Below are positions 1 through 10,283 of a stretch of 64,000 nucleotides of DNA, piece by piece; the first letter of the stretch is position 1, and every line of letters begins with the position of its first letter. The DNA is from Paramoeba atlantica (taxonomy: Eukaryota; Protista; Discosea), in the NCBI GenBank assembly GCA_977017575.1, contig CDRNVI010000053.1:620001-684000 (forward strand), read 5' to 3'. The notes beneath the pieces were generated by a model, which saw only the letters and a program-made list of their open reading frames with translations, did not search any database and was not told the origin of the DNA. Made by a program: the position numbers and the translations under genes.

Positions 1-1068
1 TCGAATATTGGAGCAGTCTTGCGACAGAACAAGAGCCTTGCATCGTTGTCTGAAGATGAACTTCAAATTTTGGAGGAAGACGCATTTATTCAATGCTGCG
101 AATCCGAATCGCCCATTCCATGTATTGCAGGTCAATTGGCTTTTCTAATTAGTGGAAAGGTAAGACATAGCTTTACGGACGTGCAATTGGGTGAAGGAAT
201 GGTTTTTGGCGAGTCTTGCACAAATTTGGCAAAACTTTTTGATTTGGTCCCAACGAATCATATGTATGTTTGCCATTCGGATTCAGTTTTCTTAATTCTC
301 ACACGAAAGAAAATATGTTCTTTCGCGTCATCCAACAAAATTTTATCAGATTCCTTATTGGCGCTTGAGGCGCTTAAATGTGTTTTACCGTGTTTGTCGC
401 AGTCATCTCCTTCTATAAATTGGAATAACGAACAACGATGGCTTGCACTACGGGAAAGTGTTCTTTACAACGTTGGAGATGCGAACTCTTGCCTTCAGTT
501 TGATTTATCGACTGCAAGTTTCTTTCTCCTTTGCGGAAGAAGTGCTTGTGGGTACTATGCGCATGATGGCACACCGATTGAGATAGTTATGGCAAATCGA
601 CATCCGGTGACAGAGCATAGTTCAAACTTCGCCGAATTCCTTAATTTCGAGACTTTTCTAACGCTAGAATGGGAGGCAAATTCTCAATTTCTGATTTTCC
701 CTTTGGATCTCAAGCAAAATCCGTTATGGGGTGTTACAGACTCCCTACGTAAAGTGATATCTGTCCATCAGGATGCACACATGCGCAATCCTTTTTCAGA
801 AGAAAATATGCCGCGCAGCGAAGATATCTCAGCAGTAGCATCTCTTTTGATGAACAACGAGAATGCAGCTTTAGATAGCGAGATAATCGATCACACAAAT
901 TCCTCCGTATTTTGGCTAGAGATGCGGAACGCACCATCCCGTTTTTGTGACATATGGTATAGTGTAATTGGTATCAAGAACGCGGTACTGGAATTCGTGC
1001 GGGGCTGTTTCGTCCATGCGGGTCGCTTTGTGACCTACTTACGATCCAATAGGTACTATCATCGATAG
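1..1068 (+). CDS. C-terminal part of a SOS1/NHX7-like Na+/H+ exchanger with a cyclic-nucleotide-binding-like domain (5' end outside the window)
   Basis: Identical to the 3' part of ORF 24976-26952. CNBD-like segment SLSEDELQIL...LAFLISGKV...LGEGMVFGE. Confidence 0.65.
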   Translation, partial: SNIGAVLRQNKSLASLSEDELQILEEDAFIQCCESESPIPCIAGQLAFLISGKVRHSFTDVQLGEGMVFGESCTNLAKLFDLVPTNHMYVCHSDSVFLILTRKKICSFASSNKILSDSLLALEALKCVLPCLSQSSPSINWNNEQRWLALRESVLYNVGDANSCLQFDLSTASFFLLCGRSACGYYAHDGTPIEIVMANRHPVTEHSSNFAEFLNFETFLTLEWEANSQFLIFPLDLKQNPLWGVTDSLRKVISVHQDAHMRNPFSEENMPRSEDISAVASLLMNNENAALDSEIIDHTNSSVFWLEMRNAPSRFCDIWYSVIGIKNAVLEFVRGCFVHAGRFVTYLRSNRYYHR

Positions 1069-1276
1069 ATAGCAGATACCCCTATAATTCTCACCCCTTT
1101 TGTCTTCAGTTCTTCCCGTTTTGTTAGTCGTCGTGTTTCACTTTACCTCAGAAGTAAATTGTAGAAGCAAACAACTTCATGTGCATTTATCTTGCTTCTT
1201 CTTTGTCCTTAACTTACACTTTCTTAGTTCTCAATTGATACTCACAAGAGCATCACGTACATGTATTTCTTACCCA

Positions 1277-2614
1277 ATGCTTACCAGTACGTCCCATACA
1301 AGAATCTCCGTCGCCTCTCCTATCCTTCATCCACGAGATGCACAAGTTAGTGACCGTAACTCCGGGAAGATATCGTCTTACACAACTCCGGTCCCATCGG
1401 ATGCGCAGCTTATTCGCAAAGAGGAGGAAGGTGGGATGGAGGTAATCATGTATCTACAGTACGTGGGCGGACGCGCGAACGTTTCAGATGTAGAGCAAAA
1501 TGTTCGTTGGATTGAGAAGTTCGACTCTTCATGCGGGACACTCTTAAAATTTCTGGAGCAACGTCCTCACATATTTGCGCTCTCTGCTGACAACGAAATG
1601 GTTACGGCCATTAGTCGCAGCATAAATCCAGAGACAACGAAACGTGCCCCGCTTCCCCGAGACAAATCACGACAAAGACAGACTCCTGCAGCTCACGGAA
1701 AAGTGGGATCGATGTGTGTTGCCGCATCGATTGATTTGGAAGAACTTCAACGGAGGTTCAAGCGCCTGGATTATTCTAGTGTTCTTGCAACCAAAGTGCT
1801 ACATGTTACAAACAGAGGTCCGACCTCGAACAGTGTTGACTTGCAAGGAAATCAAGACAAGTTTGATCTGTTCGTTTTCTCGTACGGGTCGCTTGTGTGG
1901 TGGGGTACTGATATAAGCTCCTTTCGTATGATTGAAAATGATTTTTTACGGCGAGGTACCGCACTAGAACATGTAATAAAGGATCGATATAGGCAGTCCT
2001 GTCTAGAAGATTTGTTTCCTTTCTGGTGTACATTTGCTGTTGCTTCTGAGGATGATATCATGCAAAACGGGAGATTTCTTGAGGCGCTTCAGCGTGATCA
2101 CATACTCCTGACGTCCGACAGTCCTCCTTATAAGCAGGCAATTAGTCATGCACTCGCTCAAAGCGCCAAATTAGATGTCGTCGAACCCATGATACTGGAA
2201 CTTTTGCGAATATGTAAACCTCTTCCATTGCAAATTCGTGATCAAGGCCATGCCAATATTTCGCATACACGTGTTAATCAATTAAAAGGGGAGCTTTTCT
2301 TATATCGCATGGAGCTAAGAAGTGATAGCGAGCTGCTGGAAGAACCAGAATTTTTTTGGGAACTTCCATGGTTTAAGCCTGGATTCAAAATGGTGCGTGA
2401 TGACTATGGTATTGACAGTCGCGTAATGCAACTAGATGAGAAACTCTCTGCCGCTCAATTGACGCTTTCAATGATTGGAGAGCAATTTGATGAAGAGCAC
2501 GGCCGTCGCTTGGAATGGATTATCATCGTACTTATTCTTATTGAAGTAGTGATTGCTGTCATTGAACTTCTTTTGGAGGTCGGACTTGGATTTTCGCTAC
2601 CTTATTCAGCCTAG
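1277..2614 (+). CDS. RMD1/RMND1 (DUF155) family protein
   Basis: Motifs FVFSYGSLVWW, AISHALAQSAKL, LLEEPEFFW, IDSRVMQLDEKL and RLEWIIIVLILIEV with a C-terminal TM helix. First in-frame ATG at 1277; the ORF-track TTG at 1100 is unlikely. Confidence 0.88.
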   Translation: MLTSTSHTRISVASPILHPRDAQVSDRNSGKISSYTTPVPSDAQLIRKEEEGGMEVIMYLQYVGGRANVSDVEQNVRWIEKFDSSCGTLLKFLEQRPHIFALSADNEMVTAISRSINPETTKRAPLPRDKSRQRQTPAAHGKVGSMCVAASIDLEELQRRFKRLDYSSVLATKVLHVTNRGPTSNSVDLQGNQDKFDLFVFSYGSLVWWGTDISSFRMIENDFLRRGTALEHVIKDRYRQSCLEDLFPFWCTFAVASEDDIMQNGRFLEALQRDHILLTSDSPPYKQAISHALAQSAKLDVVEPMILELLRICKPLPLQIRDQGHANISHTRVNQLKGELFLYRMELRSDSELLEEPEFFWELPWFKPGFKMVRDDYGIDSRVMQLDEKLSAAQLTLSMIGEQFDEEHGRRLEWIIIVLILIEVVIAVIELLLEVGLGFSLPYSA

Positions 2615-2814
2615 TTTTTGCACTCAATAAGCTTCAAGATTCATCGGTATGTACTTTTGATTAATCGTAGGTTTGGACTCACGATCCTGATTTAAGTTTC
2701 TGATTCGAATTCATTAAGAGATTTTTTTTCTCGTAAAATTTGCAAGCAATGTAAGGTACATGTAGGTAAATATTAACAGCATTTTCGTTTCAAGTCATAA
2801 TTTTATTTTATTAA

Positions 2815-4512
2815 ATGAAAGGTAAGAAACGAAAAGTACAGGATTTTTCTATTAAAAGGCGTGACGTTGCTCGACGCAAAGCGCAGCGTAGTGTACAGTG
2901 CTTCGACGAAAGATCTCAACGCCAGGCACCTCGAAGATCAGAAATGCTCAATAAATGGAGCAACACTAGTACCCGCTCTTCGCGTTTTCGGTTAAACTCG
3001 GCTTCTTTTGAAACAACTGATCATTCTGAGGGCAGCCTTCTTGGGCAAAGTTCAGAGCTACAAGACATGCTCCATATTGCGACGGGTCAGAAGCCTCTTG
3101 ATGAAAATGTCAAAGATGTTCGAAGCGTACAAGACTATCAAAATAGACGAAAGAAAAAGCAACAAGATCGAAAGCGAGTAGAGCGAGAAATACACTCCCT
3201 TGATCAAGAATGGGAGCAACTAGCTCCTCTGATGATGCGCAATGAAGAAAAGCACTCGGCTAAACAAACAACATCGGAACATGACAGTGTAGTGCGTAAT
3301 TTATCCATCGGATCATCTAACTTGCCTATTAAGAAGAAAGCGATTTACAGTACATCATACAAAAAACCAACTTCCGCTCAGCAACAATGCCCGCAAAATG
3401 AATTACGCGAACAATTATTCTGCAAAAACAAGATTCCATCTGAGGAAACTTGCATAGCATATCACACTTTTGTCTCTGGCGTTTTGCAAAGTGCTGCTAG
3501 AGTCGAAAAAGACAGCATCTCTGAGTCTTACTTTAAAAATGGGGCAAAACTTTTGTCGGAATTTTCTTCTGATGCAGACCTTGCACTACAGCAGCGTAGC
3601 GTAGTTATTATACGCGTATTAGCAAGAGATTGTTTCCCTTTGCGTGCAGCTTGTGTCATAGTTAGTCTAAACATGCTGAATCAAATAAATCAACGTTTTC
3701 TACCTTATTCCGCTTCAATGTGTTCAAATGGCGCCCTGTGCGAGCGCTGTTTCAAGTTGGTTGTATGTAGCCCACAGTACCTAGAATATATGAGAGTTGG
3801 ACTTCTTTATTGCTCTCTCTTGCGTCATCTCTATGTGATAGCACTCCAAGAATTTGACGCATTGCTTCCTTTAACACATCATGATGCACTGAGCCATACA
3901 TCTCCGCTTTGGTCATCTCAAAGCATTTCGGAGCCCCTGGTATTCTTGCGCACGTTCTTCATGGCAACTCAATTGTGTGAACAAGCAGAAGGAGGGTATT
4001 ACAAGAATCAAGAGTGTGACTTACAATTTCTCTCGCACAAAGGTATTTTTTTGTCTTTTCGTACCTTGGGGCACTCCTTAAATGAGTTCTTTCTTGGAAA
4101 AACTGCTTCAGTCTCGGAAAATCTTTCGAATGCACAGATCGATATGACTTCACACTTACCACATGTATGTACGTCGATTGAAGGAGAGTCCAATTTAAGC
4201 TTCATGATCCAACGCCCCCAAGCACTGGTACAGTATGCTCCTCGCACACAATTCTGTGAAGAATTTGGTTTGAATGAGTCCTGCGAAAAGAGTAAGAAAA
4301 AGAGGCTGCGTAAAGGTATGAAACGGTATCGTCAGGAGCATCGCGTATTAGCGCACCTTACACGAACGACCTACGAGGAGAAACGTCAAATCGAGGAGGA
4401 TAACCGAGATAAAAAATACAAGGAGATTCTTTCTGAGCTTCAACAACAGCAGCATGTACTAAAAACTATCGACTTGCACAAAGCTCTGGCCAAAAAGAAA
4501 AAGAATAAATAG
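2815..4512 (+). CDS. NOP14: Nucleolar protein 14 (40S biogenesis), divergent
   Basis: Basic N-terminus, SSRFRL and HIATGQKPL segments, and the C-terminal KKRLRKGMKRYRQE...KYKEILSELQQQQ helix typical of Nop14. Confidence 0.7.
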   Translation: MKGKKRKVQDFSIKRRDVARRKAQRSVQCFDERSQRQAPRRSEMLNKWSNTSTRSSRFRLNSASFETTDHSEGSLLGQSSELQDMLHIATGQKPLDENVKDVRSVQDYQNRRKKKQQDRKRVEREIHSLDQEWEQLAPLMMRNEEKHSAKQTTSEHDSVVRNLSIGSSNLPIKKKAIYSTSYKKPTSAQQQCPQNELREQLFCKNKIPSEETCIAYHTFVSGVLQSAARVEKDSISESYFKNGAKLLSEFSSDADLALQQRSVVIIRVLARDCFPLRAACVIVSLNMLNQINQRFLPYSASMCSNGALCERCFKLVVCSPQYLEYMRVGLLYCSLLRHLYVIALQEFDALLPLTHHDALSHTSPLWSSQSISEPLVFLRTFFMATQLCEQAEGGYYKNQECDLQFLSHKGIFLSFRTLGHSLNEFFLGKTASVSENLSNAQIDMTSHLPHVCTSIEGESNLSFMIQRPQALVQYAPRTQFCEEFGLNESCEKSKKKRLRKGMKRYRQEHRVLAHLTRTTYEEKRQIEEDNRDKKYKEILSELQQQQHVLKTIDLHKALAKKKKNK

Positions 4513-4842
4513 TAATTCGGTTTTTTTTCTTTGAGACTAGTGATGCGGATTCAAATGGTCGGCGAATGCATCGATCGCCTGGGCTCATGAAGAGGGAAAT
4601 GTGACATTTCAAATGTCTTTCATGCAATTTTATGGCTATAATGGCGAAACTAATTTTCTTGTTGGGGGTATCTAAGGCTTGTGAATGCCGTCGAATGTAC
4701 TCACAAAAAATCACCCTATAAATTAACATGTAAGCTGCTCGGTTCCTCTTTATATCACAATTGAAATTACCGCTATGGCTTCTTACTGATCCCTCTATTT
4801 TTTTACTGGCCTTCCTATAAGAATTTTGAAATACTGCTATCA

Positions 4843-7800
4843 ATGGTTTCCGTTCATTCATACAATGAGACTGAAAAGTCACACTTTGAGGAACTTGAAG
4901 CAGCCACACAATTGTGTGAGTGCTATGACTCATATGCGGAAGATTGCAATCCCACTTCTGACAATTGGAAAGAGGCTGTGTCTAGTGCAATACGCCTTCA
5001 CAATATTCTTGATTCCTATCTAGAGTTTCCTACCTTAATTATTCCTCATTTGGACTCTTTGTTAAACCCTTTAATTAGTTCTTTAGAAAAAACTTGCTTA
5101 TTTCGGGAAACATTGAGTTCGTCCGTGCAATTTACGCAAAACGATGTCCTTGATCTTCATGAAATGCCGGAGGTTCAGCGCCCTGTAAGTACTGGAATTC
5201 ATTGTCAAAGTATTGTTTCAGGATTTGATGTAGATCGGATTCGATCCATGGAACATCTAATTTCCTACCTGTTATATTCTCATGTACGAATCGTGGGACT
5301 TAAACACGTAATTACACGCTTCCCACACTCTACAGCAAATCTTTTACCCGTGTACTCGGCCTTACAAAGGTGGACAAGGACAACTCAAAACTGGTCAGAT
5401 TGGGAAATTTCATTCGTTCTTCTTTTGTGGCTTTCTAATGTAATAACCACGCCTTTCCCTCTTGAAAGCTTTCAAGATAATATAGTTCATCATTTGGTTC
5501 ATATTGGCGAAACATTTCTTGCTCAACCCGGTCGACTTCAAGAGGCTGCTGTGTGTTTTTTATCAGCCATAACATGTAGACCAGATGCAATAACTGAGTG
5601 TGGTTCTGTAGTAAACTCTTTATGCACTCAAATTCTTCGAATGGATGAACCTAGTGCGAATTTGCTTGTATATCAAACAGGCGCTTTGCGCTTACTCAGT
5701 TCTTTGTGTAAGAAATTATGTCGCAATGGCATTGCCCGGCATATTCCACTGCTTTGGAAAACTATATCATGCATTATTGAACAGAGGGGAGTCAAGTTTT
5801 CGTTTTACAAAGGAGAAGTAAAGCTGGTTCAACGCGTTGTTCTCTTACATAGACCGGAAAATTCACTCACACACAACGATTGCTACATGAACACACAAAA
5901 CGAAATCACTGAGTTCGGGAAAACCTCTGGAAATTCTAATACCTTTCGCAACATTCTCGATCAAGATGTTGAGAAGGGTGTTAACTATCTTATACGTGCA
6001 CTTTGCTGTCGAGATACTGCAATCAGATGGAGCGCAGCCAAGGGCTTATCGTCGATTGCTTGTAGATTTTCAACTTTAATCTCGCGAGAAATACTAAGAG
6101 CTTGCACTGATTTATTAGAAGACAAAGAAAATGATGTTGCTTGGCATGGCGTTTTCTTAGCCTTATCTGAATGTATCAGAAAGGGTTGCTTTGAGCCCGG
6201 AGACATTAAGGAACTCCTTTCTTATTTCCGTTTTGCGTTGTCATATGACATTCCTCGTGGCGCTCATAGCGTAGGAACTCATGTTCGTGATGCCGCATGC
6301 TACTGGTTTTGGTGTGTAAGTCGTACAATATCGTCTTCTGCTCTACACCAAATTCTCGCCAGCGTTGCTCCTGACATATTGTTCCGGTCCTGCTATGACA
6401 GAGAGGTTAAAGTCCGACGCGCAGCAGCAGCCGCGTTTCAGGAAGCTGTAGGTCGCACTACGGAGTTTCCACTTGGAATAGAAATGATAACTATGTCTAA
6501 TTTTTTCACAGTGGCCCGTCGCAGTGATGCTTTTCTTGATGTTGCACCAAAGCTGGCCTCATTGTCCGCAGAACTGGGCCTTCATTTCTTGTCCCAATTG
6601 ATTCAAAAGAGCATTGGTCACTGGGATATAGAGTTTCGAGAACTTGCTGCCAAAGGTATAGGGGTACTCGGAAACATTTACAGGGAAATGATCACAGCAC
6701 AGTTTCCGCTACTATTGGAAAAATGTAGTAATCCGAATGCCTCTACTAAACATGGTGCACTCATGGCTCTTAGCTGTGTCATATCTTCGGAAGTCTTTTC
6801 AGAAGCAGCACTCAATGAAGTAGCGTACTCCTCTAATAAAATAACTGAGCCGGTTCTTGGTCATTTAAATATTTCTGATACCCTTACTATGCAAATTGGA
6901 CATTTAGTACCACAGTTACAGAAAAGTCATTCGTTTCGCAGTCGCCACGGCGAGCTGGTACGTATTGCCTCATGTGAGCTCGTAAAAAGTATCGCCTGTT
7001 CTAAATTACTCTTAACTCACATAGCATTTCTTAGGCCTCACTCAGGAACGAACCTGACCCTAGAAGTTCAAATTACGAAATCTTATCTGAATTTTCTGGA
7101 GGATTGTGCAACCCACCTGCTGGAAAGTGTCCGAAGTGCAGGAGCAGTCGCATTATACAACTTTCTTATGATATACTGTCCATACATTAACTTAAAAGAA
7201 TTAGTAGCTTGGGTGGATCGAATATTGGAGAAAAAGATCGCACAGTTACCAGTAAATGAGAGACGTGGTGTTTGTCATATTGTGGGCTCTCTCCCTTATG
7301 CCATGTTGCAGATTGAAAATACAGTTGAAAAAATTATTAGTTCTCTTTGTATTGCGGCGAAAATAGAACGCGATATTGCACTTCGCGATCCAGAAACAAG
7401 ACAAGCAGGCATACAGGCCTTAGGTAATATTGCTAAAAGTAGCTTCTCTCTCGTCCTGAAAGGCGGACTATTAGAACCGATTTTTACGACCCTAACGGCG
7501 TCTATTCAAGACTATTCAGTGGATCGCCGTGGAGACATCGGTTCCAATATACGTCGAGCTTCAATAAAATCAGGTGGTAAAATCTTAAGTGCGCTTCTTT
7601 ATCAGGAAAAGGTATCTGATCAGGTTTACCGCGAGACTTCAAAAGTGTTTTTATGGTATACACAAAGTTGTTTACTCATGTGTCACGAAAAATTGGATCG
7701 GCTTCGAGAATTTGCAGCGAACTCCTTTTTTACTTTGTTAGAAGACCTTTCAAAGCGATACCAAATCAGATATCTTTCACTTTTTAAAGAAAACGATCTT

Positions 7801-8625
7801 CGCGTGACTTCCGTAGATACAATGCGTCGAGATATACTACAGCATTCTTTGTGTAATGGAAGCGCTGATTGGTCTTCACCAAAGCTTTTCGACATATTTC
7901 TTTCACAATCACTTCCAGAGGATAAATGGCGCATTCACGTTCTGCGAGGCCTAGTGACTAGCCTCAACACCTGTGACATGCACGTGTCTCAGCCAGCAAG
8001 AGAAGCTCTCATGCAGTACATAAATACCTCTGCATCTCACACCTTTCAAGTGTGCGACTCTCTCATGCAGATTTTAAATGACGAATCGGCACCATGGCGC
8101 ATCATACTACCTTTATGCAGAACTTTTGCGTTCCTTCTGGAAAATGGAAAACTGCCAGAACAATATTTCTTATCTCTAGCGCATTGGATACGAGACAATA
8201 TGAACTTAATTAGCTCCAATTATCACCGCCTAAATTCGTTCGTGGAGTTGGTTTCAGAACTCTCCGTTGTTCAAGAGAATGAAGTGACCCAGTTGTCATT
8301 GGCTATTGCTACATGTTGGATTACTCAAAGTAAATATCCGAAAATTCGTGGGAAGATGGCAGTCCATTTATTTAATTCTATTGTGGCGCAGAATGGCTTT
8401 GCAACACCTGACAGCACGCTAGGCACATCGAGCAAAAATCACTCTAAGTTGGTTTCAATATTGACCTCTGAGTCATGGGATGATTCATTGTCCGAAATAT
8501 ATCTTTTGGATACGCGAAAACAGATGCAGATTTTACTGGGCACATCCCTTGAATGCACTAACGATATTTACGAGAGTTTTGGAAGGCTTGAAACGGATCA
8601 AAATCCTAGCAGAATGAGTATCTAA
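4843..8625 (+). CDS. TBCD: Tubulin-folding cofactor D
   Basis: Motifs DTAIRWSAAKG, WHGVFLALSE, SVGTHVRDAACY, DREVKVRRAAAAAFQEAVGR, DYSVDRRGDIGS and EKLDRLRE; 1260-aa HEAT protein. Confidence 0.95.
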   Translation: MVSVHSYNETEKSHFEELEAATQLCECYDSYAEDCNPTSDNWKEAVSSAIRLHNILDSYLEFPTLIIPHLDSLLNPLISSLEKTCLFRETLSSSVQFTQNDVLDLHEMPEVQRPVSTGIHCQSIVSGFDVDRIRSMEHLISYLLYSHVRIVGLKHVITRFPHSTANLLPVYSALQRWTRTTQNWSDWEISFVLLLWLSNVITTPFPLESFQDNIVHHLVHIGETFLAQPGRLQEAAVCFLSAITCRPDAITECGSVVNSLCTQILRMDEPSANLLVYQTGALRLLSSLCKKLCRNGIARHIPLLWKTISCIIEQRGVKFSFYKGEVKLVQRVVLLHRPENSLTHNDCYMNTQNEITEFGKTSGNSNTFRNILDQDVEKGVNYLIRALCCRDTAIRWSAAKGLSSIACRFSTLISREILRACTDLLEDKENDVAWHGVFLALSECIRKGCFEPGDIKELLSYFRFALSYDIPRGAHSVGTHVRDAACYWFWCVSRTISSSALHQILASVAPDILFRSCYDREVKVRRAAAAAFQEAVGRTTEFPLGIEMITMSNFFTVARRSDAFLDVAPKLASLSAELGLHFLSQLIQKSIGHWDIEFRELAAKGIGVLGNIYREMITAQFPLLLEKCSNPNASTKHGALMALSCVISSEVFSEAALNEVAYSSNKITEPVLGHLNISDTLTMQIGHLVPQLQKSHSFRSRHGELVRIASCELVKSIACSKLLLTHIAFLRPHSGTNLTLEVQITKSYLNFLEDCATHLLESVRSAGAVALYNFLMIYCPYINLKELVAWVDRILEKKIAQLPVNERRGVCHIVGSLPYAMLQIENTVEKIISSLCIAAKIERDIALRDPETRQAGIQALGNIAKSSFSLVLKGGLLEPIFTTLTASIQDYSVDRRGDIGSNIRRASIKSGGKILSALLYQEKVSDQVYRETSKVFLWYTQSCLLMCHEKLDRLREFAANSFFTLLEDLSKRYQIRYLSLFKENDLRVTSVDTMRRDILQHSLCNGSADWSSPKLFDIFLSQSLPEDKWRIHVLRGLVTSLNTCDMHVSQPAREALMQYINTSASHTFQVCDSLMQILNDESAPWRIILPLCRTFAFLLENGKLPEQYFLSLAHWIRDNMNLISSNYHRLNSFVELVSELSVVQENEVTQLSLAIATCWITQSKYPKIRGKMAVHLFNSIVAQNGFATPDSTLGTSSKNHSKLVSILTSESWDDSLSEIYLLDTRKQMQILLGTSLECTNDIYESFGRLETDQNPSRMSI

Positions 8626-8975
8626 ATGCGTGCTGCACGGCGGCAAACGTTGATCAATACCATGTTACATGATCATGTATCTAGAAATCGTAATAACCTT
8701 AAATCCTCTTGCCGAACTTGCTCGACCAAGGCATGCGCTGGGTGTGGATTCCTATAAAATGTTGGCATGGGCTGTATCAAATCTATAAGGGTCTGCGGTT
8801 GGGTGTGGACCGAAGCCACACTAAAATTTTACCCGTAACCCCTCACATGCAGTAATGAAAATCATTATGTTGAACTAAAACTTGGTACACTTGTACTTGT
8901 ATGTTCTCTATTACTTTCTGGGATCTAATTTATAAGAATGTGTCAGATTTTCTATTTTACGCGTCTTATTTATAC

Positions 8976-9947
8976 ATGTACGAAGACACAGACCTTGATC
9001 TGCTTGATCCAGTTCTTGGCTTTCCATCACAAAGCTCATTGTCCAGAGAGACACCTCGAATCCCTACTCGACCTTTTGAGGATGCCACATCTTACAGTTC
9101 ATCATGTGCCTCACCTCCGGTCTCGGCTCGCACCTCCCGTAAAAGGGTTCAAACCTCAGAAGTTCTCAGTGCGAGCAGTGATTGGATACGGCAACGCAAA
9201 CCAACCCCTGAGCTTTCCCTGCGAGCAGGCTACCTGAAACTCCTTCCCGAGGACCAATCTTCACCTCCACACCCGGAGGACTCGCTTACGCAAGTATCGG
9301 ATTCCTGTGACCGAGTGGACTCCGAGACGGGGACAGTGCCAGACGAGCCTTCGCGCACTCCTTTTCACATCCTCGATTACCTCCCACAGTGTCCCAATCC
9401 CCACGCCACCCCTGTGATCTACAACTCGATATGCTTTGCTCGGCTCCCGTGCAGCATTGACCTGAAGACACTTTGCTGCCGGTGTCGTAACGTGGACTAC
9501 AACCCGACGGTGAGCTCCACCGCAGAGATGACACTCAGTGAGCCCCGTGCCAGTGTGTTTTGTCACGCCAACGGGACGCTGCGGGTTATGGGATGCCGCA
9601 CCTCCGTGGCCGCCCGACTCGCGGCAAAGCGAGCGGCTAAGATTATTCGTGAAGTCTTTCAGATCGAATTTCACGAATTCTCCTTTTCCCCCAGTAATTT
9701 AATGGCACAGGCGGATATTGGGGTCCCGATACGACTTGCGGAGCTCGCAGAGGCGCATCCCACTGCATGTATGTATGAGCCACTTATTTATTCAGGATGC
9801 GTTATGAAATTTGAGAATGGGGTTAGGATATTATTGTATGTGACGGGAAAGATGGTGCTTACAGGGGCACGGGATATGGAGGAATTACGGCGCGCGTTTC
9901 GTGCATTCGTAACTTATGTAGCTCCTTATGCAAAGAAGCTGTCCTGA
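8976..9947 (+). CDS. TATA-binding-protein-related factor (kinetoplastid TRF4-like)
   Basis: Two TBP saddle repeats (NVDYNP...ANGTLRVMG and MYEP...YVTGKMVLTGAR) after a Ser/Pro-rich N-terminus. Start at ATG 8976 or 8901. Confidence 0.88.
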   Translation: MYEDTDLDLLDPVLGFPSQSSLSRETPRIPTRPFEDATSYSSSCASPPVSARTSRKRVQTSEVLSASSDWIRQRKPTPELSLRAGYLKLLPEDQSSPPHPEDSLTQVSDSCDRVDSETGTVPDEPSRTPFHILDYLPQCPNPHATPVIYNSICFARLPCSIDLKTLCCRCRNVDYNPTVSSTAEMTLSEPRASVFCHANGTLRVMGCRTSVAARLAAKRAAKIIREVFQIEFHEFSFSPSNLMAQADIGVPIRLAELAEAHPTACMYEPLIYSGCVMKFENGVRILLYVTGKMVLTGARDMEELRRAFRAFVTYVAPYAKKLS

Positions 9948-10283
9948 CATAATTCTAAGTTGCGCAAGATTCCCCGATTTACTACTTTTTAATAAGCAAC
10001 GGCTGCTTTTTTCGCTCCAAAACATATGGCTAAAGCGCGGAGTAGCCACTAGAAAAAAAAGAAAGAATATTTTACGTGAAGCAAGAAGATAGTGGATAAA
10101 ACATTCTTAGACGATGGAATTTAATCTGTATCTCAGATTGAGATTCTCGATAATCATATACCTGAGATTTACAGTGTATGTGGGCGTGTGTGTGTATGTG
10201 TAGACTACACAGTTCGTTCCATTACACGATAAAGATACACTTTATGTACCTTGTTGGTACTTTTTACTAGCTCTTCTTTCTCC

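Noticed and set aside
10130-10170. Second C/D snoRNA (ATCTCAG...CTGAGAT stem)
   Set aside because: No credible box C, and the CTGA lies inside the stem.
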